Below, piece after piece: positions 24,214 through 38,194 of a stretch of DNA of 39,891 bases. How positions within the stretch are numbered: position 1 is the stretch's first letter; each line of letters opens with the position of its first letter. The notes under the pieces were generated by a model, which saw only the letters and a program-made list of their open reading frames with translations, was not told the origin of the DNA and made no database searches. Source of the DNA: Perkinsus olseni (lineage: Eukaryota); contig JABANN010000318.1 of the NCBI GenBank assembly GCA_013115125.1, positions 1-39,891 on the forward strand. The letters are read 5' to 3'. A program made the position numbers and the translations under genes.

Positions 24214-24925
24214 ATGTTTGCTGCTGCTTCTCGGCATCTTGCTGCTGCTGCCTCGAATGCGGTTTCCAGTATGGCAAATCAAGCAGTCATGACAGTGACA
24301 CCTGCGGCTGCATCAAGGATAAAAGATCTTATGAGGTACTAGCGCATGCCTTGTCACACTCGCCATCCGCTCCAATACAACTTGTGTCGATCTAGCATTT
24401 TTGATGTCCGTGGTATCGCCGTATCGCTAGCACCGATGTTTGCCACCATTATGTTGTTTCAGCGAGAAGCATGATTCATCGATTATTGGTCTTCGAGTGG
24501 GGCTGGCTAAGAAGGGATGCGAGAACATGAGCTACACGATGAACTATGCCAGAGTGAGTGCGCTACAGGACCCTGCCGATGCTTGTTATCGTTCCTTCAG
24601 GAGATCGGTAAACTGGATGAAGTGGTGGAGAGCGAAGGAGTTAAGGTCGTAGTGGACTCCAATGCTTTGATGTATCTCATAGGTAGGTTGCTGTCAGTCG
24701 GAATGGAAGCCTTATCGATGCTGGATAGTTGATCTCGTGGCTAGTGTGTAGCGTCCCCTAGGCTCTTGCATGGATCACAATTGTCTGAGCAGCGAGAATT
24801 GTGAGGGTCGCTTTGTGGCAGGTACGGAGATGGACTATGTTGACAACGACCTAGCATCAGAATTCGTGTTCAATAACCCCAACCAGAAGTCCTCATGCGG
24901 CTGCGGCAAGAGCTTCAGTGTATAG
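24214..24925 (+). CDS. ISCA1: Mitochondrial A-type Fe-S cluster carrier (IscA/Isa1), 4 exons
   Basis: Ala/Ser-rich presequence, MTVTPAAASRIK, GLRVGLAKKGC, GTEMDYVDNDLASEFVFNNPN and SSCGCGKSF*. Confidence 0.95.
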
Positions 24926-25155
24926 CTCGAGGAGAGAAGATCATCATCATAAGATCGATCGATTCAGTCATGATACCGTTCGGTCCGGCATCACCACCAT
25001 TCCCAGAGAAAAGCTCTGCAATGCTCTAGATGAACATACCTCGTTTTACAGTGCCACTGTTACCATTGGAACCGGGTCTGCTCAGTGTTGCAGTAAGGGG
25101 GTATAATCATTGGCAATCTTCATCCCTATCGAGTGTGTTAATCTGTGCCTTATTA

Positions 25156-26763
25156 ATGGCTAAGGAGCAAGCAGAGACGGGAGGGTCCGCTCCCAAGCCC
25201 GCCGTACCAGGCTTGGATGGGACGTAATAAGCCAGGAAGGGGTCTTTACTGAGGATGCTCAGACTAACCGTGTTGGCCGTTGATAGTATCCTGCCAGCTC
25301 AGTACCATTCAGGTTCTACATGGCGTACCCTATTTTTTCCATGTGCTCGGATGAGCACGGCCTTGTACTGACCGGGGGAGGAGGAGGTGGAAAGGAGTAC
25401 GGCGTCCTGGACTACGTAGTGTTCTAGCATGCACGTCCGCTCTATCGAGGGCTCGAATCAGAGGGCTCGAATCAGATTCAAGCGCATGTTTATGATGAGA
25501 CCACAGAATCATTCACTACAGTATCGTCCATCGAGACGGGCACTAAGGTTTGCTATGACCTCACTTATTGTCCAGCTGTAATAACATGGCCTTGTGCGAC
25601 CGTAGTAGCACTCTTCCACAACAGACTGATCGCTTTGCGGCGGCCCTGACAAGCGAATGTTTGCTGCTCCGGTTCGATCCAGCCTCCCTCTCTCTAACGT
25701 GTGAGGTAGTAGTATATAATCTGTACATCTTCCTCGCTTCGAGGTGTCCTCCATTCAGGCACGGTTTACGGCGGAGTTGTCTAACCCTGGCCAGACTGTC
25801 TGTAACGTCCTACGGTACAGTCCATCAGGTGCCGAGCTCCTCACTGGTGGCGACGATGGTGTCGTCCGTGTACTACTGCGTCACCCTATTCACCGTCCGA
25901 GATACACATCATGGTCGTAGGTTTGGAACCTCGCATCATCGACTTCGACACCACGCCTTGCACTGGATGACCATCATAAGGAGATTGTGGATGCGGAGTG
26001 GGCACCTAGTGGGGACCGCTTCGTCACTTGCGGACGTGACAGGTCTGTCAAACTCTGGAGGTACGGCTGCCCCCAGGCCTACGGTCGCGCTAGAGTGCAT
26101 CTCTTCTCAGTGGTGAGGGCGCTTGCACCGACACGATCATACCCGAGAAGGTGAAGGCTGTCTCGCCCCTAGCCAAGTTCGCACGATTCGTCAACGACAC
26201 CTGTTTGATTGTTGCAACTCACGGACCTCGTGGACCCTCTTGGCTCACTATGTAAGTCTTTGACATCTTCAATATCACATAACAATATCCTAGTTACGAT
26301 GTGGGCTCTGATGGCAAGACGAAGGAGGTTAGGAAGAGTCAGATATCTAAGGCTGTCATCTGCAGTATGGCTGTGAGCCAGGATCGATCACAGGCCGTAC
26401 TAGGGTTTGTTGATAGTACAAGAATGGTAGTAACGAGAGCTGGCCCCGTGACTGGCTTCTTCAATGCTTCGGGTAGATAATAAGCTTGGCACCAACGAGT
26501 ATGCTATTCAAGAACACTGCAGTAGTCCATGAGATGCCTCCAGGAAAGGCTGCTTTCGTAGGAGAGGACGGAGCGTCTGCTCACCGTCCATATCCGCATA
26601 CCCTCAGTTGCTCGACAAGCACGTAGTGTGCACATCATCAGCTGACTACAGCGTGAATATATGGAACATCAAGAAGCCCGCCAGGAGCCATAGTCTTGGC
26701 TGCTGCTGGTGGCTTATCTTCCTCCTGTCCCTCATGGCCCTGCTCTACTACGGTTATCTGTAA
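25156..26763 (+). CDS. SEC12: Sec12/PREB-like WD40 protein with a C-terminal TM helix
   Basis: YPIF...LVLTGGGGGGKEYGV (K-loop-like), WD repeats LLTGGDDG and VTCGRDRSVKLW, and C-terminal WWLIFLLSLMALLYYGYL*. Confidence 0.78.
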
Positions 26764-27230
26764 GCAACTATACTGCAGCACGGGCCTTGGCGATTGATGC
26801 CATCGCAGGTATGCGGTTGAGAAGGGTCACCTCGGAGGCTCAGGCCGCCTCGATGAGCTCTAGACCTGTGTTCATCGCCGGAGCGTCACACCTGCTGTTT
26901 CCGCTCTCCTGCTTTGTGTTGTGGTAGTCACCAGCATGCAGCTAGTGAAGACATTTTGTACACGAAAACGGTCGTAAAAAGAGAATAAACGCCAGGCGTT
27001 ACTGCCGAGCACGGGTTCACCAAATGCGCATGACGAACATATTCTTTACAAGGGTTCTTGTGGCACATGCGTCAACAAGACGCAGTCACGAGTCCTCGAG
27101 AGATTGTCGGACTCTACAGTCTGGGCCCCAGATTAGGTAGGCTTAGCTTGGTCTGCCACTTAGTCCAGGCTGATAAAGATAACTTCGGTTCATGCGTTGT
27201 CCTCGCCCCCCGAGTGAACTAACTCTGCAG

Positions 27231-27620
27231 GCGGCTGGTCATATGCTGACGTGTACGAGGCGATCAATAATCAACACGGGGAGACCGTCGCTATCAGAAG
27301 CATCGCGCTGAAAGACAACGGAAAAGACTAATTCTTGTATTGCTCGTTATTAAGGAACGTTTCAATCTGGAAGACAACGGAGATCTAAGAGAAGCTCCTG
27401 TCGGAGGTGTCTATAATGAAGAGGCTGAATCATGATAACATCGTCAAGTGAGCGCACTCCGTCGTACAGGAATACTCCAGCATTCCTCAAGGTGTATTGA
27501 CTGCGTATCAACCCCTGTCTACATGCACATCATCCTCGAGTACGTCGAGGCCGCCTCCCTTGCTGTTTTTGTGAGGTATGAAGACACCGCACAAAGCCTT
27601 GGGGAAGAAGCCGCCCGCTT
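27231..27620 (+). pseudogene. Decayed Ser/Thr kinase N-lobe fragment
   Basis: SYADVYEAIN..GETVAIR (VAIK Lys replaced by Arg), EVSIMKRLNHDNIVK and HIILEYVE..SL. There is an in-frame stop and a frameshift near 27330-27390, and no HRD or DFG was found downstream. Confidence 0.7.
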
Positions 27621-28553
27621 CCACAGCAGTACAGCTTCTCGGCCACGAGTGGATAGGTGACCAGCTGGGAGCATTTCCACCCCAGAAGACGCCTGTTAGA
27701 AATGGCTGAGCGGCGGTACAAGGCGACGAGGAGTGAGCCGGAGGCGGCGGAATGGAGAGCCCTACTCGAGCCCGGTTCCCGGCATGTGACACTTGATGCT
27801 TGCTGGTCAGGTCTGAGGGTATCGCGTGAGTACTGCAACGCTGAAGGAGTGGGTTCTAGGAGACGGCATCGGAGGGCCGAGGCATTCCCGTTTGAACTCG
27901 GACCCCGAGGAAACTGGAGACATCACTGAAGAGGTATTTGCTATGGCTCCAGTGTGTGGAGGCGGGCAGTCTGCTCCTGCCAGAGGCTTGGATGCCAAGC
28001 TCCAGCCACTACGGATGATGTACCGAGTCGACAAGTAACGCACGGCATGGCTGGCCAAGATTGCTAGATGTCATTCTCTGCTCTATCGAGGGCTGTCGAG
28101 AATGTGACCGACTCTAGGGAGGAAACCTGCACTTCCGGCCCTTGTGGTCCTGGTAGGTTCGACTTCAACTTTATGAACCATCTGGATTCTGAGCCCGCCG
28201 CTTATGACGGAAGTGGGTGAGGGCAGAAGTCGCCCTCAACAGATTCGCTTCCACGCGTGAAACATCCGCAGCATGCTCGTCTACTGATCATGACACACAT
28301 CATGGTAACAACAATAATCCGCGTACTTTCAAGCCTCGGTTTCGTTAATGCCAGAGGACCCATTCCGCATCGCCCTCGACTCGATTTTATCGCTTTGTTC
28401 GTGGTCGAGGCGGGATGTGGATACGCCTCGGCTGAGGAAAGACAACATGTCCTAATTCACTTTATTCTTCCCCAATATCAGGGCGTCCGTACCACTATAT
28501 GCGATCACTGTCATAGGGTTTAATGGAGTCAGAAACCTAAAGTCCTCATCGTG

Positions 28554-28577
28554 CCACCACCACCACCACCACCACCA
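28554..28577. repeat. (CCA)8 microsatellite beside the retrotransposon insertion site
   Basis: Direct reading. Confidence 0.95.
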
Positions 28578-28588
28578 CCCATCGTGCT

Positions 28589-28595
28589 GGCTCCA

Positions 28596-28601
<6 letters not shown>
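28589..28601. repeat. Target-site duplication, left copy (GGCTCCAACTTCT)
   Basis: Identical to 33410-33422. Confidence 0.9.

Positions 28602-28626
<25 letters not shown>
28597..28626 (-). repeat. (GAA)n 3' tail of the LINE; reads (CTT)10 on the + strand
   Basis: Lies about 106 nt after the ORF2 stop and merges into the TSD. Confidence 0.9.
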
Positions 28627-28732
28627 GGCTCATTGGTCGCGGCCTGGCCTTACAGGCGCTAGGGCCGCCACGCACTATCCTTGTTACAAAGTTACCAAGA
28701 AATCATAGGGATAGAGAAACCCATCGCCAGCT

Positions 28733-31700
28733 TCAAGGTTCCCTAAGAGGGTCCAGCCTGCTGAGCCTTCGCGTCAAGGAGATGAAAGACTCAAGTGCCT
28801 CTGCGAGGGATCTGTCCCTCAAGAAGATATCGCCATGCTGCACAGGCCATGGTATGCCCCGAAGAACCACTGCTGCCTTGAGAGCCTTCCTTTGTAATCG
28901 CCATCGATGGCATCGAAAGAGGAAGTGAGGTATGTCTTCGTCTTCACCACTATCACAAAGGGGACAGGTAGCAGATCCACGGTCGACATGACTTCGTGAA
29001 TAACGAAGGTTGTTGCGGCTGCTCACCAGGTGCCAGATGCCATCCAGTGAGCCCAAAGAACGAAGTGCACTCAACGCTGAGGACGTGGGGACAAAAAATC
29101 GGAAGGAGCGACCCAGAGATCGCACCTCCTCCTCGTACTGGGCGCTCGAGCGCGCTGTTGCCAGTCTCGTCAGAAGGGTAGACAAGGCCTCCCGAGAAAA
29201 TGGCACCGTCATTTCAACATCTAGACCGTGAAGGGCAGCGGTTCGAGCAGCAGTATCCGCTTTGAGGTTGCCCTCAGTCTGTTTCGAAGGTGTATAATGG
29301 ACAGAGACTGGCTTGCCCAGCTTGCTCAAGCGATCGAGAACAAGTTGAGCAAGACGACCACCCGTGAGGGACCCATTCCTCCCAGTCAAAGCGTCAATGG
29401 CCCTCATGCAGTCCGAGAGAACGACGACTCTTGCAACATGAGGCTGCGACGACCCAGTCGACGCCGCTAACCATATCCCGAGGATTTCGGCCTGCAAAGG
29501 GGTGGAATGGCTAGGGAGTTTGCGGCCTGATGTCACCCAATCGCCAGTGATAGTAGCAAAGGCAATGCCACAGCCAGCCCACTGTCCGGGGAGCACCGAT
29601 CCGTCAGAATAGATCACCGCAGTGCCAGAGTCGGGTTGACAGTCCGGGTTCGTCGTGTGATCCACAGTGTAGGAGATGCGCTCAGTCACTTCAACAAAGC
29701 GCTCAACAGGATAAGGGTGGACCGCCCCGCCAACCATGCCCTTTACTGGTTCAGTTTCGAGGAACTCTGGGAAAGTCAGGCGCTGCTTGGCACACTGAAA
29801 TAAGCATAGCTCATCCCAGGCAATTCCCTCGTGACCAATACGGCATGCGAAGCTAGTAGGAGTTCGACTGTTGAGTCGTCGCGCTCTCCTGTACAGTCTC
29901 GCCTGGAGTGACCTTAGCTGTCCAGCTATTCTTGGACGTTTGGCTGCCAGGCCCCAGCACCCTACCTACTCCATGAAGTAGGTGACCTCTGGCCACAGTG
30001 TCGAAGAGTTGGAGAGCAACGTCAGCAATGAGACCCCAAGTGCTGCAGACATGTACCACTTTTGATCGAGTGGTAGGACGCTTCGATCTTCCCAATGAGG
30101 CAGGCAACATGCTGGCTCCACTTGAACTTTCTGTCTAATTGAATCCCCAACCATTTGACGCAGCCCTCTGTGATTGTCGAATCGGCCACACGGACGGTTA
30201 CTCCTGGGCCTCCGTGCCGCTTTGAGACTGGAAAACACATCAGTCTTGTCTTCGGCCACGATAGCCGACACTTGACATGACGGCACCACTTGTCAAGCTG
30301 GCTGGTAATGGCATCGACAGCAGTTTGAATGTGGGCCTCCTCTACGTAACGGAACAGGATAACTCCGTCGTCCGCATAGATGACGGTGACCCAAGAGGAC
30401 AGAGCCGCATCAAAGGTAAGCATGAAGGCATTGAAGACCCAGGGCGACGTGACACCCCCTTGGGCGATGCCTCTGGTGAGCCGACGAGTACAGGAGTCTG
30501 TGCCATGGTGAACCGTAATGGTTCTGTCGCTCAAGTAGTCACCTAATAGTGCCAGATAGTCTGGACCGAGACCTTTGTCCAGTAACACTTGCAGAGAGGA
30601 CCACGTACTACACTTGTCGAAAGCGCCTTCGATGTCTACAAAAAGAGCGCCGGCACTAAATCCCTGCCTCCACGCTTCTTTGATGGAGCTTTCCAGCTGG
30701 CCAACAGCAGTATCGCAGCTCTTCCCTCGTCTGTAGGCATGAAGGTTAGGTGGATAGGATAGCTCCGCGCTGACGCGACGAAACAGGAGCCTGTCGAAAA
30801 CCCTTGCGAGCCCGGTGTTGACAGTGATCGGCCTCCAGGCCTTGGGGTCCCATGCCGGCCGGTCGCCCCTCTTCGGCAGCGTGATTACATAGCCCTTCTT
30901 CAGAATCGCCGGGATCCGGCGGTAATGGAAAAAGGAGGAGAAGAGGGAACAAAAGAAAGAAGGTTCCCGTTCAATCGCCATTTTGACCGCAGCAATAGGA
31001 ACCGCATCCTCTCCAGGGCAGGATTTGGTGCGAACGTCGCGAAGCAAGTCAAGTAGCTCGGGAAGCTCCACAGGGGGACTAGTAGAGATTAGGCTGCTAA
31101 AGTAGCTTAGGCGATCATGGAGGGAGGCGCGGGCAGTAGCCTGCTCCGGAAGATCGTCTTCCTCGTCCGGAAAGAGGGCCTCAGCAACGAAAGTAGCAGA
31201 GTGGTACGTGTGGGTGTAGCCGGCATTTGCATCACGCCATCTTTTGTGGAAGGCAAAGGCATCCTGGGGATCCGTTATCTTGGAGATGACCTTCCTGGCA
31301 TGGGAGTCAATAGTATGCCGTCTTAGGCGCTTCAGGTCGCGGCACGCCGCACGCAGCTCGGCACGGACTAACGATGAGCCATTAGTCCGTTTGACCCTTC
31401 GCCTCAACCACTTTACTCTGTCGTCGAGAGACGCAAGCTCCCTAGTCCACCAGACTGGCTTTCCCGCGGGTATCCTCGGCGGCCGTCGACAAGCCTCCAC
31501 CAACTTCTTCAGCTTGCCAGCCACCGTTTCTGTCACTGACACAACTTGATCCCAGTAAAGGGCCGAGAAATCTATCTCCCTGATGTCCGAAAAATATCCA
31601 CAAACCTCTTCCGCAAACCGGTCAGCATCAAAGAAGCCCTTGTTGTGCCAAGGAGGCACTACTGGTGGCGATGGGGTAGCAGTCAGGGTCAATAGAATGG

Positions 31701-32442
31701 CGGCATGATCGGATATCATCGATAAGGGATGATCCCAGTCAACACGCCAGTGGATGGGTCGTCGAGTGAGAGCTTCTGAGCAGAAAGTGACATCAATGTG
31801 GGAGGTTATTGCCGCATTGTTGAGGGTGGTTCGGTGGCTTCTGAAGGTCGGAGGCGAGTCCGGGTCGTTAAGAAGGTGCAGATCTAGTCCAGTGGCCCAT
31901 TCCTCCAGGACATAACCGCGTCTACGCTGGTAGGAGCCACCGTCAGGTGGAGAACCCCAAGCGTTGTTCCATGCGTTGCTGTCACAGCAAAGGAGGACGC
32001 GCTTACCACGAACATGCTGAGATATGCCGTCAAGGCATTGCTCCATGGTGATGCGACCATCCGATGGACAGTAGCCCGATAGTATGCGCGTAGTGGTCTC
32101 AGCTTTTCCGCCGCACGCAACATCGACACCCGACCAGTCACTGAGATCGGTCATCCCCTCGATAGCCGTGTAGCTGATGTGTTTACGCAGGAGAATGGCG
32201 CTGCGAGACGGTGATTTGCCCACTACGAAGGCCCAATCCTGAGTAGCTGACTCTGATAGTAGTCTTCGACACGAGTGAGCCCGCGGAGGTTCTTGGATAG
32301 CTATGATATCTACGTCCATGCAGGCTAGAGCTTGCTGAAAGACAGCCGAGCTCTTGCCCATGTTAATTTGAATGATACTAATGTTACAGGGATCACGGCG
32401 GGAAGTGCCCTTGGTTAATACAACCGGGCAAGTGATCCTAAG
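28733..32442 (-). pseudogene. LINE ORF2 (endonuclease, reverse transcriptase, RNase H, zinc finger) with two frameshifts
   Basis: APE motifs IIQIN, IQEP, CDSNA, IDVTF, SDH; RT motifs WRPIT, FVDIEGAFD, GIAQGGVTSP, YADD; RNase H motifs YSDGS, QAE, SDC, GNLKAD; CPLC..H...C. Frameshifts at about 30060-30063 and 29962-29969. Confidence 0.93.
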
Positions 32443-33350
32443 TCACGCCTCACCAGGTTGCGAACGACAGGGCACAAACGGTGATCCGTGGCGTGATGAC
32501 TGCCGTCACAGTTAACACAGCAGGGGGGCCCACCAGGGCATGCCCTACCCTCGTGACCCTTACGCCCGCATTTGTAGCAGGCTGGGGTATTAGTGCAATC
32601 CTTCGCAAGGTGAGCCGTCTTTCCAACAGCACAGCACTTGTAGCACATGGTCTTGCGATGCCTGAGCTCAGGTCTCAACAGTCTCCATCCCACCTTGATG
32701 CCCGAGTCGAGGAGCCCCTGGGCTGAGTCTTTACGGACCTTGACAAAAGCGTTGAGGCCCTTTTTGTAAACAGAGGTGCAACAGTCCCCGATCGCAGTAC
32801 GCAGCTCATGCTCCCCAATACCCCCCACATCTCGTATGAAGAGCTCAGGCTCAAACTCACCCAGGACCTTGGTCTCAAAGCCGAGAGCTCTAGCAGCGTC
32901 TCCTGCTTTGGAGCGGTCAGCATCGGAAACCCTCAGTCCCAATTTACCGTCCCTGGAGAAGAAGCTGTCGGTGATCATCACTTCCCCCTTCGCCCCAATC
33001 CTGTTAACGATATCAATGCGGCGCTCGGTGCTCTTGTCCTCCGAGCTGGCATCCCCGCCGCTGACCCACACCAGGGCACCTTCGCGTCTCACACCCCCTG
33101 GAGTGCTTCCGATGGTCACAGGCGAGTGCGGATCCTGTGTATCCGGCATGTTGTTTGCCGCAGCCCTTGTCCTGCTCAGTTCATCCTTCAGGGTAGTGTG
33201 GTCCTCGAGTAGACGAATTAGCTTGTGCTGGGCTTTAACTAGCCCCTCCTGCACTCCCGTGTGGATGTTATGTAGACTCTCAAGCAGACCACGGATTTCA
33301 GCCTTCTTAGCCGCAGCCATGCTGGTCGAACCACACACTTTCATAATCAT
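32415..33350 (-). CDS. LINE ORF1, gag-like nucleic-acid-binding protein; the frame stays open to the element's 5' end
   Basis: Coiled-coil-like N-terminus and three zinc knuckles: CYKCCAVGKTAHLAKDC, CYKCGRKGHEGRAC, CVNCDGSHHATDHRLC. First ATG at 33350. Confidence 0.9.
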   Translation of the reverse strand: MIMKVCGSTSMAAAKKAEIRGLLESLHNIHTGVQEGLVKAQHKLIRLLEDHTTLKDELSRTRAAANNMPDTQDPHSPVTIGSTPGGVRREGALVWVSGGDASSEDKSTERRIDIVNRIGAKGEVMITDSFFSRDGKLGLRVSDADRSKAGDAARALGFETKVLGEFEPELFIRDVGGIGEHELRTAIGDCCTSVYKKGLNAFVKVRKDSAQGLLDSGIKVGWRLLRPELRHRKTMCYKCCAVGKTAHLAKDCTNTPACYKCGRKGHEGRACPGGPPCCVNCDGSHHATDHRLCPVVRNLVRRDLGSLARLY

Positions 33351-33409
33351 TTCCTTGTAATCCACGAATCCGCATCCCTCAACAGAGGCTCCGGAGTCGT
33401 CAGCCGATG

Positions 33410-33422
33410 GGCTCCAACTTCT
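33410..33422. repeat. Target-site duplication, right copy (GGCTCCAACTTCT)
   Basis: Identical to 28589-28601. Confidence 0.9.
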
Positions 33423-33670
33423 ACATTTCTAATTCCCTCAGAGTGAGTTATTCGACCGTTGTGCGATTCGAGGGATGGAAGCTTCTCCCCACAGACCGCC
33501 TCTTCCGTGAGCTACCCGATCCCACACTGTGCAGGCCGTACAGTAACTCAAACACAAGACTCGCTCATTACTCAGTAACTGGATATCAATCGTGAAAGAC
33601 AAAGCAGTCAGAGTAGAGTTACAAACTATCGTTAAACGACATCGTTGCAAATGGGCTGTTAGAGGCCGAA

Positions 33671-35541
<1,871 letters not shown>

Positions 35542-35654
35542 TATGAAATGAATAAAGAACTGTTAACGGCAAGCTAACACCTAACCTCCACTCGAGTGGG
35601 AGTGAGCTGGTTGTGGTAGTGTTTGGTGCGATTGGTATGAAGCATCTCCTAACC

Positions 35655-37697
35655 TCAAGGAAGGGAACCGGCAAGAATGTCGGTATGAGAAGGCTGATGA
35701 GAGACCAGATCGGAGGTCCCTCGACACAAAAGTAGACAACGCTTAAGGTGGGTAAAGAATGACATCGTTATAGACTTTCGCTCACGGCGAGGTCCCAACG
35801 TGAGAAGGATAGCCTGATACAGTCCAAAGTGGCCCTCCATCTCGGGTGGTAGGGCGAGCAACTTTTCCGGATCCCTCGTCAAGGGCGAGCGGCACCAAAT
35901 GACCCACAGTTTATATAAAGGCGCAGTATTGCCTGAAGGCAGCCCGCAGGCATGTCGATACTACGTGGCTGAGGGAATGGTAGTACTCAAGAACTGTGGG
36001 CAATGTGGGATGATGAGCCGGATTCGAAGAGGTCAAGCAAGCACTGGAGCGAACTACTGGAGTTGTAGCGGAGCGGTAGGGAAGGGACAATTCGTTGCAC
36101 AATCCGATCACCATTGAGGCGAGCACGGCGGCACTTCCCTCCCTGCTAAACGATGGGCTAAGATGGGGCACCTTAGGAGACGTGATTGGTATACTCGGAC
36201 ACGCAACACGAGCATCGTCCTTAAAGGTCATCATACGCAATGACACCTCTCGCTGCAGCTGCCTGTCGTGCCTCTGGCCTCTCCTCCTCCTCCTGCATAG
36301 GAGATACAGCCGTCGCCGGTGTGACTGTCGCGGATTGCTCCCCCGAATCCGCTACCTCATTGGCTCTGCGAGTGGCTGTTATTCGACGATACCTGAAGGC
36401 AGACCTCGTGGGTGTACCAGTATTCCTGCCACCCCCGGACCGGGGCATGAGAGTCGTCATTATTACCGCTTGTACGTCTCCGACTCGGGACGAACTCGTC
36501 GATCGCGGCCCATGTCGTCCTGCACCAGGACAAACTCTTCCGATGAATCTTCGGGCACCTACAGCAACGGTACACACGAATCGGGCCCTTCTAGTCTGCA
36601 ACCCAAACTACAAGATCAGCCTCATCGATGATGAGCTCCTCTTCAACAACATCCGAGTATTCATGGGCTGCCTTCTCCCGCTGTGCCACAGGCCTGATGA
36701 GTGGAGTCCACTCAATGGACAAGTGGACAAGGGCAGCCGAAGATCTCACCCTTCGGCATCATCCTTAGCGGTCGGCTCAGCTGGTGGAGGAACAGAGGAC
36801 ACCGCCGCCTGCTCGGCGGACGGCGTATACTTCCGCCGCTTCGTTTGAGGCACGGGACCTGACAAAGCGAGCATCGAGGAGGCCCAGGGCATCTTCTACG
36901 AAGTCAAAAAGCTTCTGCACGATGGCCAACAGTTGGAGTCCCGATACAACAAGGCATTCACTAAGAGGGATACCCAACCAAACCATACTACTTTGCGGTA
37001 GTCCTTTGAACCATCTGTCATCACCCTCTGCCTCCTCCGGGCCCTCCGTTTGAGTGCTCACTGTGGTCGTAGTGAGGGCCTCGTACTTCGCCGTATCGTA
37101 GTACCTTCATGATGGCGTCGAGGTTAGTCCACTCGAGAATCCCACAGAGTTCGTACCTCACGAAGGGCTTGAACTCCTTCTCCCGTTCCAGCAGGGCATC
37201 CGCCATGGTGCCCCTAGGGCTCGAAGGGTCTCCCTCATCCTGCCGTAGCTCCAAGCCGTTGTGTGGCGAGTCGGGGTCCATTAAGACGACGTCGACTAGC
37301 GTACTTCGGAATCGCCGCTGCCTCCTCTACTGTGGCACCCCCCGCTACTCAGTATACTATAACGCAATGAACCATCGACAAAGAAACTGTTCAAGACCAC
37401 GGCCACCATCACCATCGCCATCAACCTCTCCTTCCTAGCACTTAGTGCCCGTAGGGAAGAAGCTGAAGTTGTATCTGGCACAGGATACCACCATCCGAAG
37501 AGCATACATCAGGGCGTCCCCCACCTTTTCTTGGTCGGTACGATATCGTAGATATCAGCATCACCAGCGTACTTCCTGACGTACTGGCGGTCTCCAGGGG
37601 CGAACACGAAAGCTGCCAAAAGGACGTCTAATGTCATATCGCACTTCCTGCTATCCCCTACCATCATGCTTCTTCGTGTCCGCGCCGTCGATTCCAA
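35655..37697 (-). CDS. Multi-exon hypothetical acidic protein(s); boundaries uncertain
   Basis: GT-AG joins link exons such as LLEREKEFKPFVR/YYDTAKYEAL, SDVVEEELIIDEADL and EEFVLVQDDMGRDRRVRPE. Confidence 0.4.
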
Positions 37698-38194
37698 ACC
37701 TCTGGCGAATCTCGTCGTCTAAAACCTTCCACGACCACTTACTACCATACAGTCCACCAAACAGGCCTGAAGGGGCCCACGGGTAGCGGGGAGTGTCCGA
37801 GTTGAAACCCTATCATTACCACTGAAGGAGGTCGACCACGCCTCCCAGTAGATGGCGGTGGACTGCAAGCCATTCTCCATTCCACTGCCTCCCAGAAGAG
37901 AATCCTTAACCAGCTCGGAGTAGCTCAGAGGTGACGACATTACCGACCAGAGTTGACCAAAAAACCTTGCAACCAATCAAACCTGTTGCCAGCTGCTTTG
38001 GGAAGCCTCTAGCATCCGGACAAGTCAGGAGAGCACAGCGAGAACCCCCGTATACCGCATGAACGCAACACCGACGGGAGTGTCTCAAAAGCATACGAAT
38101 ACGCTACATGTTAAGTATCACTACGCCTCTTATTGGGATGCGACTCGTCTCCAAGCCGCTGTGCGAAAAAATGAGAGGTTGATCGTGTCACCAT

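Larger units (their letters stand above)
28602..33409 (-). mobile_element. Non-LTR retrotransposon (APE-type, with RNase H; I/R1/Tad1-group-like architecture), inactivated copy
   Basis: gag-like ORF1, APE-RT-RNaseH-CCHC ORF2, microsatellite tail and an exact 13-bp TSD. Confidence 0.95.

Noticed and set aside
32776-33360. 194-aa plus-strand ORF within the LINE
   Set aside because: Codon-register antisense shadow of ORF1.
36095-36848. Long plus-strand ORFs (178 and 202 aa)
   Set aside because: The minus strand has coherent acidic exons with GT-AG boundaries, so these are probably shadows.
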